From contig JAYTOU010000016.1 of the NCBI GenBank assembly GCA_043747615.1, positions 10,414 to 74,413 of the forward strand: a stretch of 64,000 nt of DNA. Reading direction: 5' to 3'. Shown piece by piece: positions 9,254 through 19,063 of this stretch. Under the pieces are notes generated by a model. That model made no database searches. It was given only the letters and a program-made list of their open reading frames with translations, and was not told the DNA's origin. The position numbers and the translations under genes are program-made. Source of the stretch: Myxococcales bacterium. Its GTDB lineage: Bacteria > Myxococcota_A > Polyangia > Polyangiales > Polyangiaceae. Every line of letters starts with the position of its first letter. Positions within the stretch are counted from its first letter, which is position 1.

Positions 9254-10972
9254 ATGAAAACGTTCGGAGGGGTTGTTCGTTTGTCTTTCCTGTTGAGGAA
9301 TGCAGCGCCGATTTTCGCCGGAGCCGCGATGTGCACGCAAATGATCGCGTGTGCAGACGAAAATGATCCGAAGACGTGGGTCAAACGACTCGACGATCCG
9401 GCGCAGCGATCGACGGCGGTGAAGCGCCTCTCGGATTACTTCAACGACCAGATGACAAAATCCGGCAACGACCGCGAGAAGCCTGAAATCAAGGCACTTC
9501 TCGACGTGATCGTGGAGCCGATGACCAAGGTCTACACCGCCGGGACGCTCGACGAGAAGACCCGCAAAGAGCTGATGAAGACGCTCGCCGACACCCGCGA
9601 CGCGCGCACGACGCCCGCTCTCGCCAAGGCGTTCAGCGACTACGAGCCCGGCAAGAACGACGAGGACGTGAAGTTCGCCGCGCAATCCGTGAACGGAATG
9701 GCGACCGCAGGAAAGCTCACCGACCAAGGCGTCATCGACGCGCTGTGGACCGTCTTCTCCAAGTTCCAGGTGTCGAAAGCGAAGTCCATCGAGCTGGTGA
9801 AGGCGCTCCACGAGGCTGTGCTCGCCGTGAAGAGCCCAAGCTACGGCCCGAAGGCAGTCGAGAAGCTCGGCGCGGCGGTCACACCGGACGTCGACTCGCA
9901 GAAGGATCAGATCCAGTTCTGGCAGCTCACGAGCATCCAGGTGATCAAGCTGATCAAGTACGCCCCGGCGGTCAAGCCGCTGGTGATCGTGCTCCTCACG
10001 CCGTCGAAATCGGATCTTCGAGCGACCGCCAGCTCCGCGCTCCTCACGATGGGGAAGGAAGCGGAGCCGGTGCTACTCGCCGCCTTCAACGCTACGGATC
10101 CGGACCTCGCGAAGCTCGCCTTCGCCGACAAGACCCACCTGACCATCCTCGCCGACACGCTCGGCGCGATCTCCCGCCCCGGCGGAAAAGAAGCCATCTT
10201 GAAGGCGCTCCCGGGCGTCGACAACGAGACCAACCGACGCTGGCTGGCGACGTCGCTCGTCAAGTTCCCAACCGACGCGCGCACCATCGCGGCCTTCGAG
10301 GACGCGTACAAGAAGATGCCTTCCGCTTCGAACGAAGACATCGCTGCCCGCGGTGCGGTCGCCCAGGCCACCTCGCAATTTTACGACGCAACCGTCGTTG
10401 ATTTCCTCCTCAAGGAGATCACGGCGGCCAAGGGTGACAACGCGAGCGCGCTCCAGATCCCCGCGCTCGAAGCGGCGATCAAGCTGATGGTGCCTGCGCA
10501 GCAAGCCGGCGTCGGCGCGGCGGTGGCCAAGCTCACGGCCTTCATGGCCCACAACGGCACCGAGACGGAGCGCGGACAAATGGGCCTGATCAAAGGCCTC
10601 TACGACGCCTCGGTCACCACCCTGCAGAAGTGCGGGCAAGACGCGGGCTGCTACGTCAAGGTGCTCGACGAGCCGATCGTCTCCGGCGCCGGCGGAAACT
10701 CCAAGGCCATCAAGGCCGCGTGGATGGCGGCCATGTACGGCAACGACGCGACGCGCGCCGCTCTCACAGCGAAGGTCACCAACGTCAGGAATCCGGGAGC
10801 ACGGCTGGCGCTCGTCGAAGCCATCGACCATCTCGCACCGAAGGGAGATACAGCGGCGGCCGGCACCCTCGAGAAGGTGGTCGAAGCGGACACGGCGAGC
10901 GGCAACAAGGACCTGCAAGCCGGCGACGACGTCGTCGTGAAGGTCGCGCTCCGTCTGCGAGCGCGCTCCTAA
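9254..10972 (+). CDS. Alpha-helical (HEAT-like) putative lipoprotein
   Basis: 572-aa ORF with strong coding bias, possible lipobox MIAC and Ala/Leu/Lys-rich helical repeats. The start codon is uncertain. Confidence 0.65.
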   Translation: MKTFGGVVRLSFLLRNAAPIFAGAAMCTQMIACADENDPKTWVKRLDDPAQRSTAVKRLSDYFNDQMTKSGNDREKPEIKALLDVIVEPMTKVYTAGTLDEKTRKELMKTLADTRDARTTPALAKAFSDYEPGKNDEDVKFAAQSVNGMATAGKLTDQGVIDALWTVFSKFQVSKAKSIELVKALHEAVLAVKSPSYGPKAVEKLGAAVTPDVDSQKDQIQFWQLTSIQVIKLIKYAPAVKPLVIVLLTPSKSDLRATASSALLTMGKEAEPVLLAAFNATDPDLAKLAFADKTHLTILADTLGAISRPGGKEAILKALPGVDNETNRRWLATSLVKFPTDARTIAAFEDAYKKMPSASNEDIAARGAVAQATSQFYDATVVDFLLKEITAAKGDNASALQIPALEAAIKLMVPAQQAGVGAAVAKLTAFMAHNGTETERGQMGLIKGLYDASVTTLQKCGQDAGCYVKVLDEPIVSGAGGNSKAIKAAWMAAMYGNDATRAALTAKVTNVRNPGARLALVEAIDHLAPKGDTAAAGTLEKVVEADTASGNKDLQAGDDVVVKVALRLRARS

Positions 10973-10981
10973 GCCCAGTAC

Positions 10982-12934
10982 ATGATTCGGCTCGAGGTAA
11001 AGAGAGGGGAGCTCGTCGGCAAACTGCTCGAGTCGTCCGCAGATGCGGTGCACATCGGGCGCGCCGAGGGCAACGACCTCCTCTTGCCCGACGAGCTCGT
11101 CTCGAGCGATCACGCACGCATCGTCTACCTCGGTGATCGCTACGTCCTTCGCGATCAGCGCTCCACGAACGGAACGGCGATCGTGCGTGGCCGAGAGCGG
11201 ATCGTCCTCGAGGACGGCAACGAGCGCGAGTCCACTCTGCTCACCGGAGACGTCATCGAATTCGGCTCCGGCGACAAGCTGGTGACGCTCACGGTGGGCA
11301 TCGAAGAAGAGGCCGATGAGTCGCGCGTCGTCGCCATGCGCCGCATCGACGAGATGGACGCCGCTGCCGCGCGCGCTCCCGAGAAAGATACCACCCGCCT
11401 TCGCATCCTCTACGAAGCGCAGACGAAGATCGGCGCGGCCGGCGAGCTGAATAACGTGCTCCTCGCGATCTGCGATGCCGCGTTCGAGATGGTCCCCAAG
11501 GCAACCCACGTCAGCATCATTCTCCGCGACGAAGAGGAAGAGGGTCTCCGGGCGGCAAATGTCTCCGGCTACGTCCCGGTGATGACGCGCGTCCGCGGGC
11601 AAGATGGTCCTACGAGCGGCCCGATTCCGATCACACGCAGCGTGTTCCGCAAGGTGGTGACCGAGCGCGCCGCCGTTCTTGCCGCCGACGCGCCGCGCGA
11701 AGTGGGGAGCAGCGAGTCCCTGATGGGCGCCCAGATCCGCTCGACGCTCGGCGTGCCTCTCTGGCGCGGCCAGGAGATTCTCGGCGTCCTGCAAATGGAC
11801 AACCGCGAGAGCACCGGCGTCTTCACCAGCGCCGATCTCGAGCTCGTGGCCCTACTCGCGCACAACATTTCTCTCGCCGTAGCCAACGCTCGTCTCGTGA
11901 AGAGACTCAAGGCCGCCGAGGAGCGCCTCAAGAAAGAGAACGCCTTCCTCAAAGGGCGCGAAGAGACCAGGCGCACGGGGGGACGGGGCGCACAGCAGGA
12001 GATCATCGGCGGCAGCTCGGCGATGCGTGCGCTCAATCAACAGCTCGAGAAAGTCGTCGACACCCGGGTCACCGTGCTCATCGAAGGCGAGACCGGCGTC
12101 GGCAAAGAGCTCATCGCCGCGGCGGTGCACTACCGCTCGAAGCGGCGCGACAAACTGTTCGTCGGCCAGAACTGCGCGGCGATGCCCGAGAACCTTCTCG
12201 AGAGCGAGCTCTTCGGTCACAAGAAAGGCTCGTTCACCGGCGCCCACGAAGACAAGAAAGGCCTCTTCGAGATCGCCGACGAAGGCACGCTCTTCCTCGA
12301 CGAAGTCACCGAGATGCCGCTCTCCTTGCAATCGAAGCTTCTGCGCGTGCTTCAGGAAGGGGAAATTCGTCCGGTCGGATCGACCCAAGAAAAGCGGGTG
12401 AACGTGCGCATCGTCGCCGCCACCAACCGCAACCTGGAGAAGGAGGTGGAGGGCGGGCGCTTTCGCGAAGATCTCTACTATCGCTTGAAGGTCTTTCCGT
12501 TGCGCGTGCCGCCTCTCCGCGAACGACGCGAGGACATCCCGGTGCTAGCGACGTACTTTCTCGCGCGCTTCTCCACCGAGCTCGGCAAGCCCGCGGCGGG
12601 CTTCTCGCAGCAGGCCATGGAGCTCCTCCAGAGCTACGATTTCCCGGGGAACGTGCGCGAGCTACAGAACGAGGTGCAGCGGCTCGTCATCCAGATCGAG
12701 CCCGGCGGCTTCGTGACTCCCGAGCTGCTCTCACCGCGGGTCCGCCAGATCGAAGGCGTCATCGAGCGCGTGCGGCCCACCAAAGGCACGCTCAAAGAGA
12801 TGATGAATCACCTCGAGCGGTGGCTCCTCATCGAGGCGCTGCGCGAGCATCAGAACAACAAAACGGCGGCCGCAAAATCGCTGGGCATCACCCGCGAAGG
12901 GCTCCACAAAAAACTGCGTTCGTTCGGTCTCTGA
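10982..12934 (+). CDS. FHA-GAF sigma54-dependent transcriptional activator
   Basis: FHA (IGR...VSSDHA...STNGT), GAF, Walker A GETGVGKE, GSFTGA, LFLDE and a C-terminal Fis HTH. Confidence 0.92.
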   Translation: MIRLEVKRGELVGKLLESSADAVHIGRAEGNDLLLPDELVSSDHARIVYLGDRYVLRDQRSTNGTAIVRGRERIVLEDGNERESTLLTGDVIEFGSGDKLVTLTVGIEEEADESRVVAMRRIDEMDAAAARAPEKDTTRLRILYEAQTKIGAAGELNNVLLAICDAAFEMVPKATHVSIILRDEEEEGLRAANVSGYVPVMTRVRGQDGPTSGPIPITRSVFRKVVTERAAVLAADAPREVGSSESLMGAQIRSTLGVPLWRGQEILGVLQMDNRESTGVFTSADLELVALLAHNISLAVANARLVKRLKAAEERLKKENAFLKGREETRRTGGRGAQQEIIGGSSAMRALNQQLEKVVDTRVTVLIEGETGVGKELIAAAVHYRSKRRDKLFVGQNCAAMPENLLESELFGHKKGSFTGAHEDKKGLFEIADEGTLFLDEVTEMPLSLQSKLLRVLQEGEIRPVGSTQEKRVNVRIVAATNRNLEKEVEGGRFREDLYYRLKVFPLRVPPLRERREDIPVLATYFLARFSTELGKPAAGFSQQAMELLQSYDFPGNVRELQNEVQRLVIQIEPGGFVTPELLSPRVRQIEGVIERVRPTKGTLKEMMNHLERWLLIEALREHQNNKTAAAKSLGITREGLHKKLRSFGL

Positions 12935-13367
12935 CGGGCGCGACATAGGGAGCCTCGGTGCGCGGGTCGATGCAGCCTGGGCAAACTTCGAGGAGCGGCA
13001 AGAGTGCGAACGCTCGCTCCACGAGGCGCGGGTGGGGCACGGTCAAGCGCGGACCGTCGATCCTCGTTCGCTCCGCCCACAAGATGTCGAGATCGATCGC
13101 ACGTGGCCCCCAGCGCTCACTGGGCACGCGACCGAGGGTGCGCTCGATGCCTTGAAGCTTGTCGAGGAGCAGCAGGAGGTCGTGATCCCATCTGAGGAGG
13201 ACCGCTCCATTCAAGAAGTGCGGTTGCGGCGGGCCACCGACCGGCGCGCTCTCGCGGACCGACGAAACATGGGTGACCGCTGCAATCCTGCCCAGTGCCT
13301 CCGTGGCCGCTCGGAGCGTCGTGAGGCGGTCGCCGAGGTTCGCGCCGAGCCCGACAGCGACGTTCAT
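12888..13367 (-). CDS. folK: 2-amino-4-hydroxy-6-hydroxymethyldihydropteridine diphosphokinase
   Basis: GLGANLGDR, FLNG, RWGPRAIDLDIL and LTVPHPR motifs. Confidence 0.92.
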   Translation of the reverse strand: MNVAVGLGANLGDRLTTLRAATEALGRIAAVTHVSSVRESAPVGGPPQPHFLNGAVLLRWDHDLLLLLDKLQGIERTLGRVPSERWGPRAIDLDILWAERTRIDGPRLTVPHPRLVERAFALLPLLEVCPGCIDPRTEAPYVAPVRDRTNAVFCGALRG

Positions 13368-13379
13368 CTCAGGTGGCGC

Positions 13380-14021
13380 TCAGGGGATGGAGCCTTGGAG
13401 CTCGAGCGGGTTCGAGAGCTTCCCCTGGAAGCCGCCGTTGACCACGCCGTCCTGCACGAAGAAGAAATACGAAGCGTCCGCGACACCGCTGATCGAGCCC
13501 CGGAGGACGATGCTCGCGCCTGGCTTGGTGTCGAAGAACACGCCTTGGACGGTGGTGCTCGTCGTGCTCGTGGCGTGCACGTTTTGCGGGTCGTCCGTGA
13601 GCGCGTCGCGGTCGCTGAGATTGTCGGCCTTCACATTCGAGACCGAGCCCGACTGCACGCTTGCCTGGACGTCGAACGCGCACGACTGGTGCGAGCCGTT
13701 GGGCGACGACGTGTCGCACGTCCACCAGACGTGCCAATGCCCGCCACTGGCGTACTCGGTAAAGATTCCAACTCCGTCACCGGGAGTGGCGGTCATCGTC
13801 TTGTTGGTGTCGACGACCACGAGGATCGGCGCCCCATTTGAAGCGGTGCCCGAGCTCCCGGACCCAGAGGGCGCGGGTCCCGGGTAGACGGCGGTTGGGC
13901 GCGGCGGCGGGTCTGGGTCGCTGCTTTCGACGACGCAGGCCACTCCGAATGTGGCAATGGCGCCCATCGCGGCAATACGAAGAATCGTAAACGGCGTCAT
14001 CACGAAGGTCCTCTCGAGCAA
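13380..14021 (-). CDS. Hypothetical lipoprotein
   Basis: Lipobox GVAC, Pro linker and a beta-rich domain (GGHWHVWWTCDT). The start may be at a later Met. Confidence 0.7.
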   Translation of the reverse strand: MLERTFVMTPFTILRIAAMGAIATFGVACVVESSDPDPPPRPTAVYPGPAPSGSGSSGTASNGAPILVVVDTNKTMTATPGDGVGIFTEYASGGHWHVWWTCDTSSPNGSHQSCAFDVQASVQSGSVSNVKADNLSDRDALTDDPQNVHATSTTSTTVQGVFFDTKPGASIVLRGSISGVADASYFFFVQDGVVNGGFQGKLSNPLELQGSIP

Positions 14022-14071
14022 AGTTCAATCCGGGAAACGAAGGGCTTACGTAGTGAGCTCAATCGCCGCGC

Positions 14072-15556
14072 TTAGCGACGGCCCCGCGAGAATCCGCCGC
14101 CGCCGCCACCGTGGGAAGGAGCAGAGAACGACGGGTGTGACGAGGGAGCGCTGTGGAAGCTAGGCGCCGACGATGGCGAGCTGTGAAAGCTCGGTGACGA
14201 CGACGAAAAGCTTGGTGAGGAAGAACGGAAGCTAGGCGACGGAGAGTAGCTAGGCGCCGCCGAATGGGACCCACCGAAGCCCGAGGAAGGCGAGGACCCG
14301 AAGCTCGGGTGCGATGAGTAGCTCGGGCTGCTGCCGTAGCTCGGGCTGGAATAGTGCGACGGCAGCTGAGTGGGCCGCTGCTGCGAGGGCAACGGCATTG
14401 GCCGCGCGTACGGAGCGCTCACACCGTTCCTCGACGGCGCGTAGCTCGGTGCGTGCGCCGTCGCCCCGAAGGAAGAAGGCGTTGAGGTCGAACCAAGTGA
14501 GCGGGTTCCGTTTGCGATCGGTGCGCTTGAGGGGATGCGCTCGGGACGCGAGGACATAGCCGCCGTGGGCGGGCGACCACCCGCAGCTTGCGCGGTCGCC
14601 GGCTGCGAGAACTGCTGGGCCCGCATGAGCCCGCGATCCTGCTGGTGGGGCGGCGCCGGAATCGACGCGGCCTGGATGCCGAGGCGGCCCGGAGGCGGTC
14701 CGGAGCTGGCGACTGCAGGGTGCGCGAGCTGGCGCCCGCCCGCGTTCACCGTAGGCGTGGCTGGGACGAAGGGGCGCGTGCCCACTGCGACGGCGGCGAC
14801 CTGGGGACCTTGGACGATGTACCCTCCGACACCAGGACGGAAGAGGTCGCCCGTTCCGCAGAAGACGTAAGGCGAAGGCGAAACGCCGTAGATCCCGTAC
14901 GCGTAGCCACCACGCCAGTACCAGGTCGGCTGGTACGGAGCCCAGCCGACATAGCCGTAGCCGTCATAGCCTGTGCGCCACGAAACCCATGCGCCGGAGT
15001 ACTGCCGACCAGGGATCCACGACCAGCCGCGACCGGTGATGTAGACCCAGCGCCCGTAGTGGAACGGAGCCCAGCCCCAGTCGTAGTCCGAGACCCAGAC
15101 GTAATCGGTGTCGTAGGTCCAGTGGCCGGCGGTGACGTACGGGGAGAAGTCGTGGCCGACGACCGTGGAGGAAGGGGTCCACACCGTGCCGTAATTCGGA
15201 TCGTCCTGCCACGCGCCGTACGGGTCGAGCGTGCTTCGGAAATCGGTGAGAGCGCTCGGGTCGGTGTCGGCGTAGCTGTTCGCGTCGACGCCAATCGCGA
15301 TGTCGCCCTCGCCACTGAGGCCGCCGTTTGCTTCGTCGATGCGCTGGGGGGCCGCGGCGCCCGGCGGGATCGCTTCGAGGCTCGCCGAGCGCTGAGGATG
15401 CGCAGACAGCTCCTCGGCCGTGTTGATGCCGACGCCACCCTGAGGATACTGCGCGGGCTCCCTCTCTTCTTCGATGTTGCCACAAGCAGTGAGGGTCGGC
15501 GCTGCCATCACGATGGCGGCCGGCAAAACCCAGGCGGACAGGAAGGAGAAATTCAT
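14072..15556 (-). CDS. DUF6600-like lipoprotein with Ser/Pro-rich tail
   Basis: Lipobox LTAC, LDPYGAW, GHWTY and WGWAPFHYGRW motifs, then a long low-complexity C-terminus ending GGGGG..RGRR. Confidence 0.75.
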   Translation of the reverse strand: MNFSFLSAWVLPAAIVMAAPTLTACGNIEEEREPAQYPQGGVGINTAEELSAHPQRSASLEAIPPGAAAPQRIDEANGGLSGEGDIAIGVDANSYADTDPSALTDFRSTLDPYGAWQDDPNYGTVWTPSSTVVGHDFSPYVTAGHWTYDTDYVWVSDYDWGWAPFHYGRWVYITGRGWSWIPGRQYSGAWVSWRTGYDGYGYVGWAPYQPTWYWRGGYAYGIYGVSPSPYVFCGTGDLFRPGVGGYIVQGPQVAAVAVGTRPFVPATPTVNAGGRQLAHPAVASSGPPPGRLGIQAASIPAPPHQQDRGLMRAQQFSQPATAQAAGGRPPTAAMSSRPERIPSSAPIANGTRSLGSTSTPSSFGATAHAPSYAPSRNGVSAPYARPMPLPSQQRPTQLPSHYSSPSYGSSPSYSSHPSFGSSPSSGFGGSHSAAPSYSPSPSFRSSSPSFSSSSPSFHSSPSSAPSFHSAPSSHPSFSAPSHGGGGGGFSRGRR

Positions 15557-15908
15557 TGCAGCCTCCGGCCTTGGTAGACCTTGTACTCGGCGTCGCAGAT
15601 CTCATCTCGGTTCATCGCGTACGCCTCCTTGGTGACTAAGACAGAAGGTACTCATGCAACCCCCAGTCCGCACGCCGCAGAAGCGGAAAAAGTGGCGGAC
15701 TCCTAAGGTTTTGACCGACCTTTGGCGCTGGTCAATCCCCGGTGCGCGGGCAATTTGTCCCGCTTCAATGACGGGAAGGGGCAAACGAGGACAATCAGCA
15801 GGTCTATCGCTTCCCAAAAAGCGGGCGGCATCCGAAAAACCGAATAAGATTTCCGGAGCGACACGACGTCAGGCAGGCGGAGTGTCACGCGACTGAGGAG
15901 ATTCCCTG

Positions 15909-17978
15909 ATGGCCGAGACCCCGCGCACACCCATGACCGAGCGGATCGCCGCGATGCAGGACTTCAATCTGTACCGCGAGCTCCATTGGGAGGGCTCCTT
16001 CGAGGAGTACCTCCAGATCGTCCGCGAACGTCCCACGGTGACGCGAAACGCTTATCAGCGCGTTTACGACATGATCATCAGCTACGGGACCGAGGAGTAC
16101 ATCGACAACAAGAAGAAGCTTGTAAGATACAACTTCTTCAAGGACGAGACCTTCGGCGGGGCGAACGCGATCTTCGGCCTGGATATCCCGCTGATGCGTC
16201 TCGTGCACGTCCTCAAAGCGGCGAGCGAAGGGTACGGGCCCGAGAAGCGCGTCATCCTTCTCCATGGACCGGTGGGCTCGTCGAAGAGCACGATTGCTCG
16301 CCTGCTGAAGCAGGGCATCGAGAGCTACTCACGCACGCCGGACGGTGCGCTCTACTCGTTCGATTGGGTGAACCTCAAAGGAACGGGTCTCTCTGGGAAC
16401 GAGGAGGCCGAGCGCTTCCCCAGCCCGATGAACGAGGAGCCGCTGCGCCTGATTCCGCCGGAGTGGCGCGCGAAGGCGATCGACGAGCTGAAGCTCTCGA
16501 ACGACCAGCACAAGATCAAAGTGGAGGGGGATCTCGATCCCGCGAGCCGCTTCATCATCAAGCACCTGCTCATCAAGTACGACGGCGACTGGTCGAAGAT
16601 CGTGGCGAACCACATTCGTTGCCGGCGGTTGATCCTCTCCGAAAAAGATCGCGTCGGTATTGGAACGTTCCAGCCGAAGGACGAGAAAAACCAGGATTCG
16701 ACCGAGCTCACCGGCGACATCAACTACCGAAAAATCGCCGAATACGGGAGCGACTCGGACCCCCGCGCGTTCAACTTCGACGGCGAGTTCAATATCGCCA
16801 ACCGCGGCATCGTCGAGTTCATCGAGGTGCTGAAGCTCGACGTGGCCTTCCTCTACGATCTCCTCGGCGCCTCGCAAGAGCACCGCATCAAGCCGAAAAA
16901 ATTCGCCCAGACGGACATCGACGAGGTGATCCTCGGGCACACGAACGAAGCGGAATACAAGAAGCTCCTGAACAACGAGTTCATGGAAGCGCTCCGCGAC
17001 CGCACGATCAAAATCGACATCCCCTACATCACCAAGCTCACCGAAGAGATCCGGATCTACGAAAAGGATTTCAACCAGAAGAAGATCAAGGCCAAGCACA
17101 TCGCGCCGCACTCTCTCGAGGTCGCGGCGATGTGGGCGGTGATGACCCGCCTCGAGGATCCGAAAAAGCACAACCTGTCGCTCGTGCAGAAGATGAAGCT
17201 CTACGACGGCAAGGTCCTCCCCGGATACACGCAGGACACCGTGAAGGAGCTACGCAAGGAGGCGAAGCGCGAGGGAATGGAAGGCATCTCTCCGCGTTAC
17301 GTGCAGGACAAGATCTCGAACGCACTCGTTAACGACTCCGGCGAAGGGACGATCAACCCTTTCATGGTCATGAACGAGCTCGAAAAAGGCCTCCGGCATC
17401 ACTCGCTCATCACGAACGACGAGCAGCGAAAGCGCTACACCGAGATCATCAGCCTGGTGAAGCGCGAGTACGAAGAGGTGGTGAAGAACGAAGTGCAGCG
17501 CGCGATCAGCGCGGACGAAGACGCCGTCGCCAAGCTCGCAGGCAATTACATCGACAACATCAAGGCCTACGCTCTCAAGGAAAAGGTCAAGAATAAATAC
17601 ACCGGGCAGGACGAAGAGCCGGACGAGCGCTTGATGCGATCGATCGAAGAGAAGATCGACATCGCCGAAAATCGCAAAGACGACTTCCGTCGCGAGATCA
17701 TGAACTTCATCGGAGCGCTCGCCGTCGACGGCAAGAAGTTCTTGTGGTCGACCAACGATCGCCTGCGGCGCGCCCTCGAATTGAAGCTCTTCGAGGATCA
17801 AAAAGACTCGATCAAGCTGAAGACGCTCGTCTCCGCGGTGGTCGACAAAGACACCCAGGAGAAGATCGACATCATCAAGACCCGGCTCATCAAGAACTTC
17901 GGTTACAACGAAGTCAGCGCGACCGACGTCCTCAATTACGTGGCGTCGATCTTCGCGCGCGGTGACGCGAAGGATTGA
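15909..17978 (+). CDS. prkA: PrkA/YeaG family AAA+ serine protein kinase
   Basis: [48 protein letters not shown] and EGMEGISPR motifs. Confidence 0.92.
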   Translation: MAETPRTPMTERIAAMQDFNLYRELHWEGSFEEYLQIVRERPTVTRNAYQRVYDMIISYGTEEYIDNKKKLVRYNFFKDETFGGANAIFGLDIPLMRLVHVLKAASEGYGPEKRVILLHGPVGSSKSTIARLLKQGIESYSRTPDGALYSFDWVNLKGTGLSGNEEAERFPSPMNEEPLRLIPPEWRAKAIDELKLSNDQHKIKVEGDLDPASRFIIKHLLIKYDGDWSKIVANHIRCRRLILSEKDRVGIGTFQPKDEKNQDSTELTGDINYRKIAEYGSDSDPRAFNFDGEFNIANRGIVEFIEVLKLDVAFLYDLLGASQEHRIKPKKFAQTDIDEVILGHTNEAEYKKLLNNEFMEALRDRTIKIDIPYITKLTEEIRIYEKDFNQKKIKAKHIAPHSLEVAAMWAVMTRLEDPKKHNLSLVQKMKLYDGKVLPGYTQDTVKELRKEAKREGMEGISPRYVQDKISNALVNDSGEGTINPFMVMNELEKGLRHHSLITNDEQRKRYTEIISLVKREYEEVVKNEVQRAISADEDAVAKLAGNYIDNIKAYALKEKVKNKYTGQDEEPDERLMRSIEEKIDIAENRKDDFRREIMNFIGALAVDGKKFLWSTNDRLRRALELKLFEDQKDSIKLKTLVSAVVDKDTQEKIDIIKTRLIKNFGYNEVSATDVLNYVASIFARGDAKD

Positions 17979-18070
17979 AGAGCGGGTGTAGCCGAAACTT
18001 GACGCAAGGGGTCGCGGAGCCTAAAAAAGCGCCTCTTTCGTCGAGTACGGCCTTTGCTGTCGAGCGCACC

Positions 18071-18764
18071 ATGAAAACTTTTCAGCACGTGACTTCCATC
18101 GGGCTTCTCATCATTGGCTTCTCTTCATCTGGCTGCGGAACGGTGAAGAAGGTGAACGCCGTTCTCGATTCAGCGAATCAGACAGCCCAAAGCGTCAACC
18201 AGCTCGCCAAGAACTTCAACGAAACGCTCAATCAGCTCAAAGCGCAGGCCAAGACGCCGACGACCGCTGCGCCGGTTTCCGAAGCAAGCGTCCCGGCTCT
18301 GCCCGCGATGGCAACGGGCGGCATCGACACGACCAAGCCCGTCTCCGGAAAATCGGGAAGCGGAATGGCGGACATCGAAGGAAGCGGCACGGCGGAGCCG
18401 GTCAGGGTCTTCGAGGCAGACGCGATGGTCGTGGCAACGAACTCCGTTCACACCCTCGGGATCGCGACGAGCGACGACGTTCCTCGCTTGGCAAGGGACG
18501 ACGGAAGCAGGCGACGAAGGTCAGTGTTACCTCGGCTGGGAGCACCAAGGAAAGGTGTGGTTCGAGATCGCCGCGTGCGGAGGAACGAGCGCGCAGGTGT
18601 GCAGCGATGACGGCGCCGCTGTGGTCTGCTCGGCATGCGACCACGCAGGCAACTGCAGTCCGTGCGACGAGACCAAGCCCCTGAGCGCGTGCACGCCGTC
18701 TGCCGGCACCGATGCCGCCGAGCCGGGAATCGACCACGATGCGTCCAACCCCGACGCGGGCTGA
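18071..18764 (+). pseudogene. Lipoprotein gene split by an apparent frameshift near 18465-18480
   Basis: MKTFQ...SSGC lipoprotein start in one frame. A coherent Cys-rich continuation (TTFLAWQG...QCYLGWEHQGKVWFEIAACGG...CSACDHAGNCSPC) lies in another frame and ends at 18764. Confidence 0.6.
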
Positions 18765-18793
18765 CGACAGAAAGCGTGAGAGAAAGGTTTCGC

Positions 18794-19057
18794 ATGAGCA
18801 CACTGAAGAAGAATCTGATGAAGCAAGGGATGAAGCTCATGAGCGATCCCCGCGTGATGAAGATGATGCAGGACGAGCGCGTCATGAAGGCCGTGATGGC
18901 CGCCATGAGCATCCCCGGCAAAGTCGAGACGTTCGGTCACGACTCGGTCGAGAAGATCGCCAAAGCGATGGCCCTCGCAACCGAAGACGAAGTCAAGGAT
19001 CTCAAACGCACCGTCCGCCGCCTCGAAGAGGAAGTGGCGCGGATGCAGAAGAAGTAG
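18794..19057 (+). CDS. Small Met-rich coiled-coil protein (phasin-like C-terminus)
   Basis: GAAAGG RBS. 87 aa, MSTLKKNLMKQG...LATEDEVKDLKRTVRRLEEEV. Confidence 0.75.
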   Translation: MSTLKKNLMKQGMKLMSDPRVMKMMQDERVMKAVMAAMSIPGKVETFGHDSVEKIAKAMALATEDEVKDLKRTVRRLEEEVARMQKK

Positions 19058-19063
19058 CGCCGA

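Noticed and set aside
12888..12934. 47-nt convergent overlap of folK and the sigma54 activator as a regulatory device
   Set aside because: It is most simply a short C-terminal read-through extension, and nothing supports a function.
14072..14480. Ser/Pro/Phe repeats as a DNA repeat array
   Set aside because: The repeats are degenerate at the DNA level and form an ordinary low-complexity protein tail.
15655..15670. Minus-strand GG-N10-GC as a sigma54 promoter
   Set aside because: The -12 TTGCA is good but the -24 element (CGGACT) is a poor match.
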